A stretch of DNA of 25,182 nt from Paraspadella gotoi. Taxonomy: Eukaryota; Animalia; Chaetognatha. Within the stretch, counting starts at the first letter, position 1. Each line of letters begins with the position of its first letter. Location: NCBI GenBank assembly GCA_051294375.1, contig JBJCIZ010000003.1, forward strand, positions 1-25,182, in the 5' to 3' direction. Below the pieces are notes generated by a model. It did not search any database. It was not told the DNA's origin and was given only the letters and a program-made list of their open reading frames with translations. Below, in pieces: positions 1 through 8,705 of the stretch. The position numbers and the translations under genes were made by a program.

Positions 1-6
1 CTTCGG

Positions 7-793
7 ATGACGACGTCGGCGGTTTTCGACGGCTCCCTGTTCACGAGCAGGTTGACGCCGGTTCCAGGTGCGTTACTTGTGGCGTTTTCTTTGCAGCGTT
101 GGGGAAGGGGTCTTCCTCACGGCCATCTGGAACTCGCTGGGACGCCCAGCGANNNNNNNNNNACGCCACTGGATCGACGTCGCTTCTCTTCCGGAGTTCA
201 CCGCTCCGACGCCGGACACGCGCCTCTCCGCTCAATTCGAGNNNNNNNNNNCCAAGGGAATAACGCGGCTCCTCTCCGCTCCTTTACACATGCGTTGCAG
301 GAGAACGGCGCTACCGCGCAGGCCATCCTTACGGTTGTCGATGAGCTGCACGGGTTCAAGGAGACTCTCCGTTCCGGCTCGTCCAGAAACNNNNNNNNNN
401 CGAGCGTTGACGCCCTTGCCGCCCCTCTTTTTCAAGCGGCGTCCCTCAACCTTTCAGTGGGCGAGATCCGCCGCCAAGTACCCGCTGTGGCGCCGCAGGT
501 TTTCCGCGCCACGCTTTCGCTCCGCGCCCACCGCACCTTCCTTTTTTGGTATGCAGGAAGCGCAGGTGGAGTCGGCGCTCAACTCGACGCTTCTACGAAA
601 CGTCGCTCGCGCCAAACCCGCTGCCGACAAGCGCCCTCGTTTCCGCTCGAAGTCTTCCTTCAAGCGCAAGTGGACCAAGAAGTCTGTTCCCCGCAAACGT
701 CGGGAGTCGGGAAGGGCCGGGACTCGCTCCCGGCGAATGACTCGAAACGCCTCCTCTCGCGGTCGCCGCCTCGTCCGACCGCCCAGGTTTTAG
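7..793 (+). pseudogene. gag: DIRS1 gag-like ORF1, C-terminal part, frameshifted
   Basis: Protein-like segments alternate between ORFs 7..936 and 68..793 and end in a basic tail (KRPRFRSKSSFKRKWTKK) with TAG at 791-793, directly upstream of the RT. The call is mostly positional. Confidence 0.6.
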
Positions 794-807
794 GCCTGGA
801 TCCGCCC

Positions 808-2010
808 ATGGACTCGAGTCTCGACACGGACTTTTTCCACGCCGGCGCTGGCCTTTCGGAAGTCCCTGTCGGAGGTCGACTTCGTCTCCTTCAAGAGGAC
901 GACGCTCGTTGGCGAGACGTCGCCCGTTCTCGATAACTTCTCGGGATTCCATCTCGAGGGGGTGAAGCAGTTCCAGCACGCTTCCGTCTTCCCTCGGACG
1001 AGACACCTTTTTGGGGNNNNNNNNNNCTTGGTCGACGCGGAGATTGCGGCGGCTTTGGAGAGGAACGCCTTCGAGGTAGTCCCGGTTTCTCCGGGTTTTA
1101 TCTTCCAAGTTTTCCTCGTTATGAAGTAAGATGGAGGCTGNNNNNNNNNNNNNNNNNNNNNNNNNNNNNNNNNNNNNNNNNNNNNNNNNNNNNNNNNNNN
1201 NNNNNNNNNNNNNNNNNNNNNNNNNNNNNNNNNNNNNNNNNNNNNNNNNNNNNNNNNNNNNNCCTTCGAGATGCTTATCTCCATCTCCCGATCCACGAGG
1301 ATTTTCGGAAATTTTGCCGCTTCCTTTGGAAGGGCCGCATCTACCAGTACAGNNNNNNNNNNTTCGGCCTCTCGACGGGCCCTTGGCTTTCACCAAGTCG
1401 ACGAGGCCCTTAGTGCAGTGGTTCCGCCAACAGGGGTCTTCGGCGGACGATTGTCGACGAGCCACTCGGAAGGCGGNNNNNNNNNNNNNNNNNNNNNNNN
1501 NNNNNNNNNNNNNNNNNNNNNNNNNNNNNNNNNNNNNNNNNNNNNNNNNNNNNNNNNNNNNNNNNNNNNNNNNNNNNNNNNNNNNNNNNNNNNNNNNNNN
1601 NNNNNNNNNNNNNNNNNNNNNNNNNNNNNNNNNNNNNNNNNNNNNNNNNNNNNNNNNNNNNNNNNNNNNNNNNNNNNNNNNNNNNNNNNNNNNNNNNNNN
1701 NNNNNNNNNNNNNNNNNNNNNNNNNNNNNNNNNNNNNNNNNNNNNNNNNNNNNNNNNNNNNNNNNNNNNNNNNNNNNNNNNNNNNNNNNNNNNNNNNNNN
1801 NNNNNNNNNNNNNNNNNNNNNNNNNNNNNNNNNNNACTCGCCGGCGATGGAGGAGCTGCGGTGGTTCGCAGCCCTCTCTCCAGACCAGTGATTCGCTCCG
1901 ATCGACGACCTCCTCCCGGAGGTCNNNNNNNNNNAGGTGACGACGGATGCTTCGTCGCAGGGATGAGGCCTTCTCCATCAGGGCCAGCTGTCGAGGGGAA
2001 CCTGGTCGGC
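808..2010 (+). pseudogene. pol: DIRS1 reverse transcriptase / RNase H, disrupted
   Basis: ATG 808; PVGGRL from 865; LVDAEIAAALERNAFEVVPVSPGFIFQVFLVMK*DGG (TAA 1127-1129); LRDAYLHLPIHEDFRKFCRFLWKGRIYQY from 1264; FGLST..AFTKSTRPLVQWFRQQG; SPAMEELRWF; VTTDASSQG*GLLHQG (TGA 1964-1966 replacing the W of GWG). Confidence 0.88.
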
Positions 2011-2487
2011 NNNNNNNNNNNNNNNNNNNNNNNNNNNNNNNNNNNNNNNNNNNNNNNNNNNNNNNNNNNNNNNNNNNNNNNNNNNNNNNNNNNNNNNNNN
2101 NNNNNNNNNNNNNNNNNNNNNNNNNNNNNNNNNNNNNNNNNNNNNNNNNNNNNNNNNNNNNNNNNNNNNNNNNNNNNNNNNNNNNNNNNNNNNNNNNNNN
2201 NNNNNNNNNNNNNNNNNNNNNNNNNNNNNNNNNNNNNNNNNNNNNNNNNNNNNNNNNNNNNNNNNNNNNNNNNNNNNNNNNNNNNNNNNNNNNNNNNNNN
2301 NNNNNNNNNNNNNNNNNNNNNNNNNNNNNNNNNNNNNNNNNNNNNNNNNNNNNNNNNNNNNNNNNNNNNNNNNNNNNNNNNNNNNNNNNNNNNNNNNNNN
2401 NNNNNNNNNNNNNNNNNNNNNNNNNNNNNNNNNNNNNNNNNNNNNNNNNNNNNNNNNNNNNNNNNNNNNNNNNNNNNNNNNNNNNNN

Positions 2488-2830
2488 CGATCTTTTCGCG
2501 ACTCCCCGGTCGGCTCAAGTTCCACGCCTTTTCGCCTGGGGGGCGACGCTGGAGGCGGAGGGGATAGACGCCTTGGCGCANNNNNNNNNNNNNNNNNNNN
2601 NNNATCTCCTTCCTCCCCCTCTTCTGCTGATGATGGTGGTCCGAAAGTTGGAGAAGGCGAGGGGCACCTTTCTCCTGTTCACCCCGTTTTGGNNNNNNNN
2701 NNNNNNNNNNNNNNNNNNNNNNNNNNNNNNNNNNNNNNACGCGAGGCGCTTCCGGCGCCGAAGTACCTCGTCGTCGACCTCGTGTCCGGGCTTCCGCCTC
2801 CGCAAGCGGATCGCTTCAGGCTCGTCGTCT
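2488..2830 (+). pseudogene. DIRS1 pol C-terminal phage-like DNA N6-adenine methyltransferase-like domain
   Basis: DLFATPRSAQVPRLF, EAEGIDALA, LLPPPLLLMMVVRKLEKARGTFLLFTPFW, then LPAPKYLVVDLVSGLPPPQADRFRLVV. These match the DLFA / DA(F/L) / (Y)xFPP / PxW pattern of the DIRS1 methyltransferase domain. Confidence 0.78.
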
Positions 2831-2859
2831 NNNNNNNNNNNNNNNNNNNNNNNNNNNNC

Positions 2860-3787
2860 TCCGACTTCGACGACTCCACCTTCTCCGTCATCGTCGACGG
2901 CTGGAGAGGCTCTACCAGAGAGCGATACGCCAGAGCTTGGAGCTCCTTCTACGACTTCCTTCAGGATAGAGAGGTTCGAGGATCTCAAGCCNNNNNNNNN
3001 NNNNNNNNNNNNNNNNNNNNNNNNNNNNNNNNNNNNNNNNNNNNNNNNNNNNNNNNNNNNNNNNNNNNNNNNNNNNNNNNNNNNNNNNNNNNNNNNNNNN
3101 NNNNNNNNNNNNNNNNNNNNNNNNNNNNNNNCCGGCGCCTTCTCAAGGGAGCTTTCGAGAGACGCCCTCCCCCACGTCGGATTTCCCCACGTGGATTGCG
3201 GCCTCAGTTTTACGCTTTCGCGACTCGGCGCCACTTCCGATTGCGCCGAGGGATCTTCTANNNNNNNNNNNNNNNNNNNNNNNNNNNNNNNNNNNNNNNN
3301 NNCCTTCAGAGATCGTCTCTCTTCGTTGCGACGCGGGCTATCGTTCCTTAGCGGCAGATCACGTTCGTCGGGTTCCATCGACGCTCTCGAAGNNNNNNNN
3401 NNTCGGACACATGGGTCCGGCGTCCCGTCTCGATTCACTGCCGCTCTCAGATCGCTGCCCGGTTCAGGCGCTGCGCANNNNNNNNNNNNNNNNNNNNNNN
3501 NNNNNNNNNNNNNNNNNNNNNNNNNNNNNNNNNNNNNNNNNNNNNNNNNNNNNNNNNNNNNNNNNNNNNNCGCCTCCATTCTCAAAGAGCTCTTTTTGGA
3601 GGCAGATGTTCCTGCGCCCCCGGGGTCGACACGCGCTATGGCGGTTCAGAAGCCTTCGCTCGCGGCGTGGATCTGGACGTCTATTCTACGTGCAGTGGGA
3701 TTGGTCTGGAGCACAGACTCTTCATTCCGTTTCTACTGTCGGGAGTCGGCGTGGATCTCTTCAAGATGGCTCTTGTGGACTGAGTGA
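2860..3787 (+). pseudogene. DIRS1 tyrosine recombinase (YR), frameshifted and gapped
   Basis: GWRGSTRERYARAWSSFYDF; RLLKGAFERRPPPR; PSEIVSL..PSTLSK from 3303 (catalytic R falls in the gap); CPVQALR; PGSTR at 3620-3634; ILRAVG..WSTDSSFRFYCR with the putative catalytic Tyr at 3734-3736. Confidence 0.88.
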
Positions 3788-3831
3788 ATTTCGTGGCGTT
3801 CGCTTTCGCTGAGCCTAGTATCTGAAGAGGT

Positions 3832-3876
3832 AGGAAGAGCAGGAGAGGAAGAGCAGGAGGAATCCTGCTTTTTTCC
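3832..3876. repeat. 14-bp tandem duplication plus short hairpin in the DIRS 3' non-coding region
   Basis: AGGAAGAGCAGGAG at 3832-3845 and 3846-3859; AGCAGGA (3852-3858) pairs with TCCTGCT (3863-3869). Confidence 0.75.
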
Positions 3877-4336
3877 GTTTTAATCTTTTGTCCTGTTCTT
3901 GTGGACAACACACATCTTGAACAAAAAGAGCAACTACGTGGTGGAGAGAGCCATGAAGAATCCCGGTTCCCATTTGGAACCATAAATTTCATATTCAAAC
4001 TATTTAGCGAGCAAAAAGGGGGAAAATAAAACCACTACTTAGAGCCGGTTGGACGAATAGGGACTTTGGCCCATGAATCCGATTGAAATTTAACTATAAC
4101 CTAGCTGATAGCCAGCGGGGCTAGCTAGGATCGGACGACGCTAATAGCCTCTCGGGCTCACGCGAAGTTTGAATTTTTTCGCGGTTTTTAATAAACGGGC
4201 CGGTTTTTCGAAACTGGTGGCTAATATTCGCCGCTGCAGCCGCCGCCGGACGCGAGGACGAGGAACGCGGGCGTGCAGACGTCGAAGCTGTCGATCCAGT
4301 TCCCGACATCACGGTCGTGAAAGTCACCAAAAAAGT

Positions 4337-7033
4337 ATGGAAAGGCCTATGCCTAACAGCGATGGCGAGAGTGAGACCTTCACGATAAAGAAGGGATATT
4401 TTTATGATTCGCGGAACGCAAACGAACGCGGGGTTCGGGCGTTCCTCAACGAATTAAATCGAGAATTAAATAATTTCGTGGAAACTTACCACAAAGCGAA
4501 GGTCGAGCTCACGGTTCAAGCGATCACGAAATCTGACGGAGTGCGTGGCCGCGTATACGCGCTTTTCGAAGAACTTTCACATTTCATTGCCGTGCACCCA
4601 TCATTCGAGACCGACCGCGTGCGTAGTTTATTAAATCCCGATTATTCGAGCTCCGTTCCGCGCATGTTAGGAAATTGTCCTGTTATTGTTTTGTCCGCGC
4701 CGAAAACCGTTCCGGAAGTTGAAGCTGAGAAAGAAAGGGAGGGAATAAGTATGTACGCCGCCGCGGATAGCCTGTTTTTTCCCGAAAACCCCGTAACGAA
4801 TCCCCACCTGCCCGTTATGCACAGCAGTCCTCGTCCACACGTCGAAAGGTGGCTGGAGACTTCGCCCGACGTTCCCGTGTCACCCATTCGTTCGGAGAGA
4901 TCGAAGGTCAGCATCCCGCTATCGATAAAAACAGTATCTCATGCTTCGTCCAAATCGTCTCGTGAGACGGTCCGTCGAAGGTTAGTACACGATCTGGAAA
5001 AAATGAAGGAAGAAAAGAATGATATAGAAATGGAGGAAAGGAAAATTGAGTTAGCGGCGAGAAAGAAAAGAATCGAAAGGGAGGAAAGAAAAGCGAGAGA
5101 AAAGTTAAATCGTTTAAGCGAGAATAGTGACGACGAAGACCTGTTTTCATGTAGATCCGTTACTATGCGGTCGACGACGTCGAAACAAAGCGGACGTGTC
5201 GAGACTGATGCCCGAGACGCCGAAGAAATCCGTCGTAATGAACGTCGCCGTGAGGAGCATCGTCAGGAGGAACGCCGTCTCAAGGAGCGCCGTCATGAGG
5301 AGCGCCGCCGCCGCGAGGAGTGCCGCTTGGAAGCGCGCCGCCTTGAGGAGCGTCGCGTCGAGGAGCGTCGCAGAGAAATTCATCGAAACAAAGAGGTGAA
5401 CCGTTGCACGCCGGTCGATGATGATGCGGCATCAACGACTATACCAAAAACAATTGTATCCGCGGTAAGGGGGCCGGAGACAGAAAGGGAAAGCGAAGTC
5501 CAAGGTCGAAGTTTTTTCTTACGTTTCCAAGAGATGGGGAGAAAAATGATCGAATTACTCGCCGCCGCGCCGATAGTAACGCCGCCGGGGGTACCGCCGC
5601 CTTACGTTCCGTTAGCCGCGCCGAAATCCGTACCGCCTCCCGTTCCGCCGCCCGTACAGCCGTTCGTGCCGCCGTCAATCCAGTTAAAGCCGAGTGAGCC
5701 GCCGGCTCGCCCCCCGCCGCCGCCGCCGCCGCCGCCGCCGCGTCCTGAGTTAACAGAAAAAGCTGTTGAGCCGCATGTCGCGCCGGTTATCAGAACGCCG
5801 TCGTCGTTTATCGGATTATCACCGCCGCATGAGTCTTGTAATTGTTCTTGTAAACGAGAGGATCGCCAAGTAGTGCTGCTGCGTCCGTCGACGCCGCCGG
5901 AGGAGGATCGTGATCTGAAAGGAAAGGAAACGGAGAAAAAGGTTGAGAGGGATGCGTTAACTCAGCTTTGTATCTTACAAACGCAACAACAGGCATTAAG
6001 TTTGATTAGGCAGAAACGTCCCAAGCTTAAGTTTAACGGTAAAGACCGCAGAGTGGATTTCGAGTCGCAAATGAATTCATTTGAGTCGTTGAGTCGTATC
6101 GCCGGGGTTACAGATGAGATCTTAATGTCTGAGTTAAAAGAATATTTCGACGGAGACGCCGGAATAATTGTTTCACAATATGAGGCTTCGAGCGACCATA
6201 AAGGAGCCCTGGAAAAGGTCAAAAAAGTTTTAACGATTGAGTTCGGTCGTAAGAATTTCACAGCGAGGCAAATGTTGGAGGATTTATTAAAAGGCCCGAA
6301 AATCTCGGATCGAGATCACGCGGGAGCGAGAACCTTTATTCTCGAGATGGAAAAGTTTCACGTTCGCGCCGTCGAGACAAATCGTGCCGCCACTTTTTCT
6401 ACGCAAGAAACATACACTGAGGTCATTTCAAAAAAATTGCCGTTTTTAGCCGGTCCGGTTTCGAAGAGAATGATTCGACATGAGATGTCAGTTTTGAAAG
6501 GAGAAAATAGAGAAAAGGGAAATCTCGAAATGGATTTCGGAGAATTTATTGAACTCGTGAAAGAATTGACGAAGATGAGCGAAAGAAAGGGAATGCTGTT
6601 GAAACAAAGCAACGTAAATAATGGAAACGAGAGAGTGAGTGAGAATGATCAAATGAGCGCACGCACGTACGGTATCCACAGAAACAATGTGTCCGTCCAC
6701 GCCGCCACGACCACGAAAGCAGCCGTCGGCGCGAGTCAAGCGTTCCCAAACCCAAACTCAGATCCAAGCACACACGCACCGAGAGGGCAGCGAAAGTCTA
6801 AGTGTGATTTTTGCGAAAAAGCACATTTTACCGGAGTATGTTATAAATTTCTTGAGCTGGACGAAGACTCGAGATCGGCTTGGATGAGGGAGAAAGGCCT
6901 GTGCATGTTATGTTTTGGTCGAGGACATCAAGCGAGATCATGTTCGAACTTGATGGGCTGCCAAACGTGTGGACGTCGCCATCACGCATCTCTGCATCGT
7001 GAAGGGCCGGCGATAGAGGAAAATTCTTCCTGA
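4337..7033 (+). CDS. gag: BEL/Pao Gag with coiled-coil, Pro-rich region, capsid-like region and three C-terminal zinc knuckles
   Basis: Uninterrupted ORF (open from 4169, first ATG 4337). CDFCEKAHFTGVC, CMLCFGRGHQARSC and CQTCGRRHHASLH at 6803-6997 form the BEL/Pao gag signature. The true start is uncertain. Confidence 0.9.
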   Translation: MERPMPNSDGESETFTIKKGYFYDSRNANERGVRAFLNELNRELNNFVETYHKAKVELTVQAITKSDGVRGRVYALFEELSHFIAVHPSFETDRVRSLLNPDYSSSVPRMLGNCPVIVLSAPKTVPEVEAEKEREGISMYAAADSLFFPENPVTNPHLPVMHSSPRPHVERWLETSPDVPVSPIRSERSKVSIPLSIKTVSHASSKSSRETVRRRLVHDLEKMKEEKNDIEMEERKIELAARKKRIEREERKAREKLNRLSENSDDEDLFSCRSVTMRSTTSKQSGRVETDARDAEEIRRNERRREEHRQEERRLKERRHEERRRREECRLEARRLEERRVEERRREIHRNKEVNRCTPVDDDAASTTIPKTIVSAVRGPETERESEVQGRSFFLRFQEMGRKMIELLAAAPIVTPPGVPPPYVPLAAPKSVPPPVPPPVQPFVPPSIQLKPSEPPARPPPPPPPPPPRPELTEKAVEPHVAPVIRTPSSFIGLSPPHESCNCSCKREDRQVVLLRPSTPPEEDRDLKGKETEKKVERDALTQLCILQTQQQALSLIRQKRPKLKFNGKDRRVDFESQMNSFESLSRIAGVTDEILMSELKEYFDGDAGIIVSQYEASSDHKGALEKVKKVLTIEFGRKNFTARQMLEDLLKGPKISDRDHAGARTFILEMEKFHVRAVETNRAATFSTQETYTEVISKKLPFLAGPVSKRMIRHEMSVLKGENREKGNLEMDFGEFIELVKELTKMSERKGMLLKQSNVNNGNERVSENDQMSARTYGIHRNNVSVHAATTTKAAVGASQAFPNPNSDPSTHAPRGQRKSKCDFCEKAHFTGVCYKFLELDEDSRSAWMREKGLCMLCFGRGHQARSCSNLMGCQTCGRRHHASLHREGPAIEENSS
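5231..5374 (+). repeat. Coding 15-bp degenerate tandem repeat encoding RRxEE
   Basis: About nine units such as cgccgtcatgaggag, cgccgccttgaggag, cgtcgcgtcgaggag. Confidence 0.85.
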
Positions 7034-7037
7034 CTAG
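7031..7037 (+). promoter_or_regulatory. Candidate stop-codon readthrough signal UGA-CUAG between gag and pol
   Basis: TGA 7031-7033 is followed by CTAG. The frame continues cta gcg gcc gcg tat gtg... without shift into the protease. Confidence 0.7.
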
Positions 7038-7633
7038 CGGCCGCGTATGTGACGACGGGCGCGTTCAGACCAATAGTACCTGTTGTTGTACGAAATGAGA
7101 ATAAATCTGTTGTTACATACGCTATGTTAGACAGCGGAGCCACGAGATCGGCAATTTCAACTAGATTAGCGCGAGAATTAAATGTAAATACTTATGCTGA
7201 ATTTACAAATTTAACCACGTACAACAAAGTATCAAAAGCCTGGAGAGATTACACGGACATAGAAATTTCGAATTTGGACGAAACTTACGCCACGGAAATA
7301 AACAAAGTTTTAGTCGGCGACGTATTAACGACAGAGACCGACCGACCGACAAAAAATCACGAAATTGAAGATTACAATTACATGGAAGGAGTGAGATTTG
7401 AGGAATTGGAAGAAGATGCGGTTGAGATGATTCTCGACGCCAGGTTGGCACATGCTTGGGTCGGTGGAGAGACGAGGATCGGGCCGGAAGGGTTTCCCGT
7501 TGCACTAAAGACGAAGTTCGGATGGACGCTGATCGGAGCAAGTGAGAACGAAAGCGGAGATCACGTAGTTGTTGTTCGACGTTGCCAGAGACGAGAAACT
7601 GGAATATTTGATCGCGAATATGTTTCGTTATGA
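7034..7633 (+). CDS. pol: BEL/Pao aspartic protease region, in frame with gag after a single stop
   Basis: RPIVPVVV..TYAMLDSGATRSAI (DSG at 7130-7138), EMILD, GFPVALKTKFGWTLIG. Confidence 0.88.
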   Translation, partial: LAAAYVTTGAFRPIVPVVVRNENKSVVTYAMLDSGATRSAISTRLARELNVNTYAEFTNLTTYNKVSKAWRDYTDIEISNLDETYATEINKVLVGDVLTTETDRPTKNHEIEDYNYMEGVRFEELEEDAVEMILDARLAHAWVGGETRIGPEGFPVALKTKFGWTLIGASENESGDHVVVVRRCQRRETGIFDREYVSL

Positions 7634-8705
7634 TTTTCTGTTGGAAGGGTCCGAACTGTATCCGTCCGAGGTTCAACATCCGTCCGTGCAAGATGGATTC
7701 GCGATTGAGCAGCTTGAGAGAGAAATTTATTTCAATGAGTCAACGGGCCATTATGTCGCGCCATCGCCATGGAAACACGGAAGGGAAAAAACCGCTGAGA
7801 TGTTCGCGAAGATGAAAGAAGAAGTTACGAAGAGCGCAGAGAACAGAGCGAGGAAGTTGGCAAATAAAATGAGAAAAGATCCGGTGGTGCTTGAAGGGGT
7901 GTTAAAGACGATGGAGGAAACCATAAGGTTGGGTCATGTAAGAAAAGCTAAAGTTGAGAATCCGTTCGCTGATTTGCCCGTGTTTTTCGCGCCGTTACTC
8001 GTCGTTACCAGAGCGGACAAGCCCGGCAAATTTCGTATTTGCCAGGATGCGTTGTCGAAAGTCAAAGGAAAGTGTTTAAATGATTTTTTGATCGCTGGTC
8101 CCGATAACCTTACACCTTTAGTCGGCATGTTGTTAAAATTTCGCCGAAAAAGGTACACTATTTCCGGAGATATTAAAGGATTTTTTCACCAAGTTGAGCT
8201 TCATCCAAAAGACGTGGCCGCGTTCAGGTACCATTGGTACAAGGATAAGTCGATGAGGGAATTGGAGGTGCACGAGCCGCTCGTCCACGTGTTCGGTGGC
8301 GCCGGAAGCCCAGGTATAACAACTTTCGTGGTGCAATATCATGGTAAGAGACTGAGTCAAAAGAAAGAGTTTTCGCCGGAGGTGATAGCGGCGTTTTTCT
8401 TGAAAGTATACGTCGATGATTTTTTTGATTCGTTGGACGGGATTAAGGAGGCAAGGAAGATGAGAAAGGACATGACTGAGGCGATGAGAAAGGGTGGATT
8501 TGAACTGGAGAAATGGCAAGCATCGGACGAGAGAATTTTGTCGGACAGTGCGGACGGCGACGATGAAGACAAAGTGGTTGACGCAGTCGCGGACGAAGAA
8601 CTGGAAGACGATTTTGGAAAGATGGCCGAAAACGCGCTGCCGGAGGATCCGTCGATCGACAAATATGATTCGAAGGTATTGGGAGTCGCATTTAAAGACA
8701 TTTGA
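7569..8705 (+). pseudogene. pol: BEL/Pao reverse transcriptase, +1 relative to protease, truncated after KVLGVAF
   Basis: GHYVAPSPWK, KFRICQDA, CLNDFLIAGP, GDIKGFFHQV, VFGGAGSP, YVDD at 8409-8420, GGFELEKW, KVLG. Confidence 0.9.

Larger units (their letters stand above)
1..4000 (+). mobile_element. DIRS1-like tyrosine-recombinase retrotransposon, decayed and gapped, 5' end outside window
   Basis: Ordered motifs for gag-like ORF, RT (PVGGRL; GFIFQVFLVMK*DGG; LRDAYLHLPIH; FGLST), RNase H (TDASSQG*G), methyltransferase-like domain (DLFAT...IDALA...LLPPP...FTPFW) and YR (WRGSTRERYARAW; CPVQAL; GSTR; FRFY). This order is diagnostic of DIRS1. The right boundary is approximate. Confidence 0.92.
4000..8705 (+). 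mobile_element. BEL/Pao LTR retrotransposon, 3'-truncated (no RNase H, integrase or 3' LTR recognised)
   Basis: Triple zinc-knuckle gag, protease with LDSG and TKFGWTLIG, and BEL/Pao-type RT motifs (LNDFLIAGPDNL, LLKFR, DIKGFFHQV, VFGGAGSP, YVDD, KVLG). The left boundary is approximate. Confidence 0.93.

Noticed and set aside
1889-1966. Two in-frame TGAs in DIRS pol suggesting TGA=Trp or selenocysteine recoding
   Set aside because: Other tryptophans use TGG, and a TAA and frameshifts occur in the same ORF. Ordinary decay or error explains them.
593-3585. Long ORFs in the track spanning N runs, including minus-strand 593..2518, 1410..2525 and 2515..3585
   Set aside because: Their length is an artefact of translating Ns; all recognisable motifs are on the plus strand in shifting frames.
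3847-3876. Hairpin followed by a T-run resembling a Rho-independent terminator
   Set aside because: The context is a eukaryotic retrotransposon, so it is better explained as terminal-region structure.
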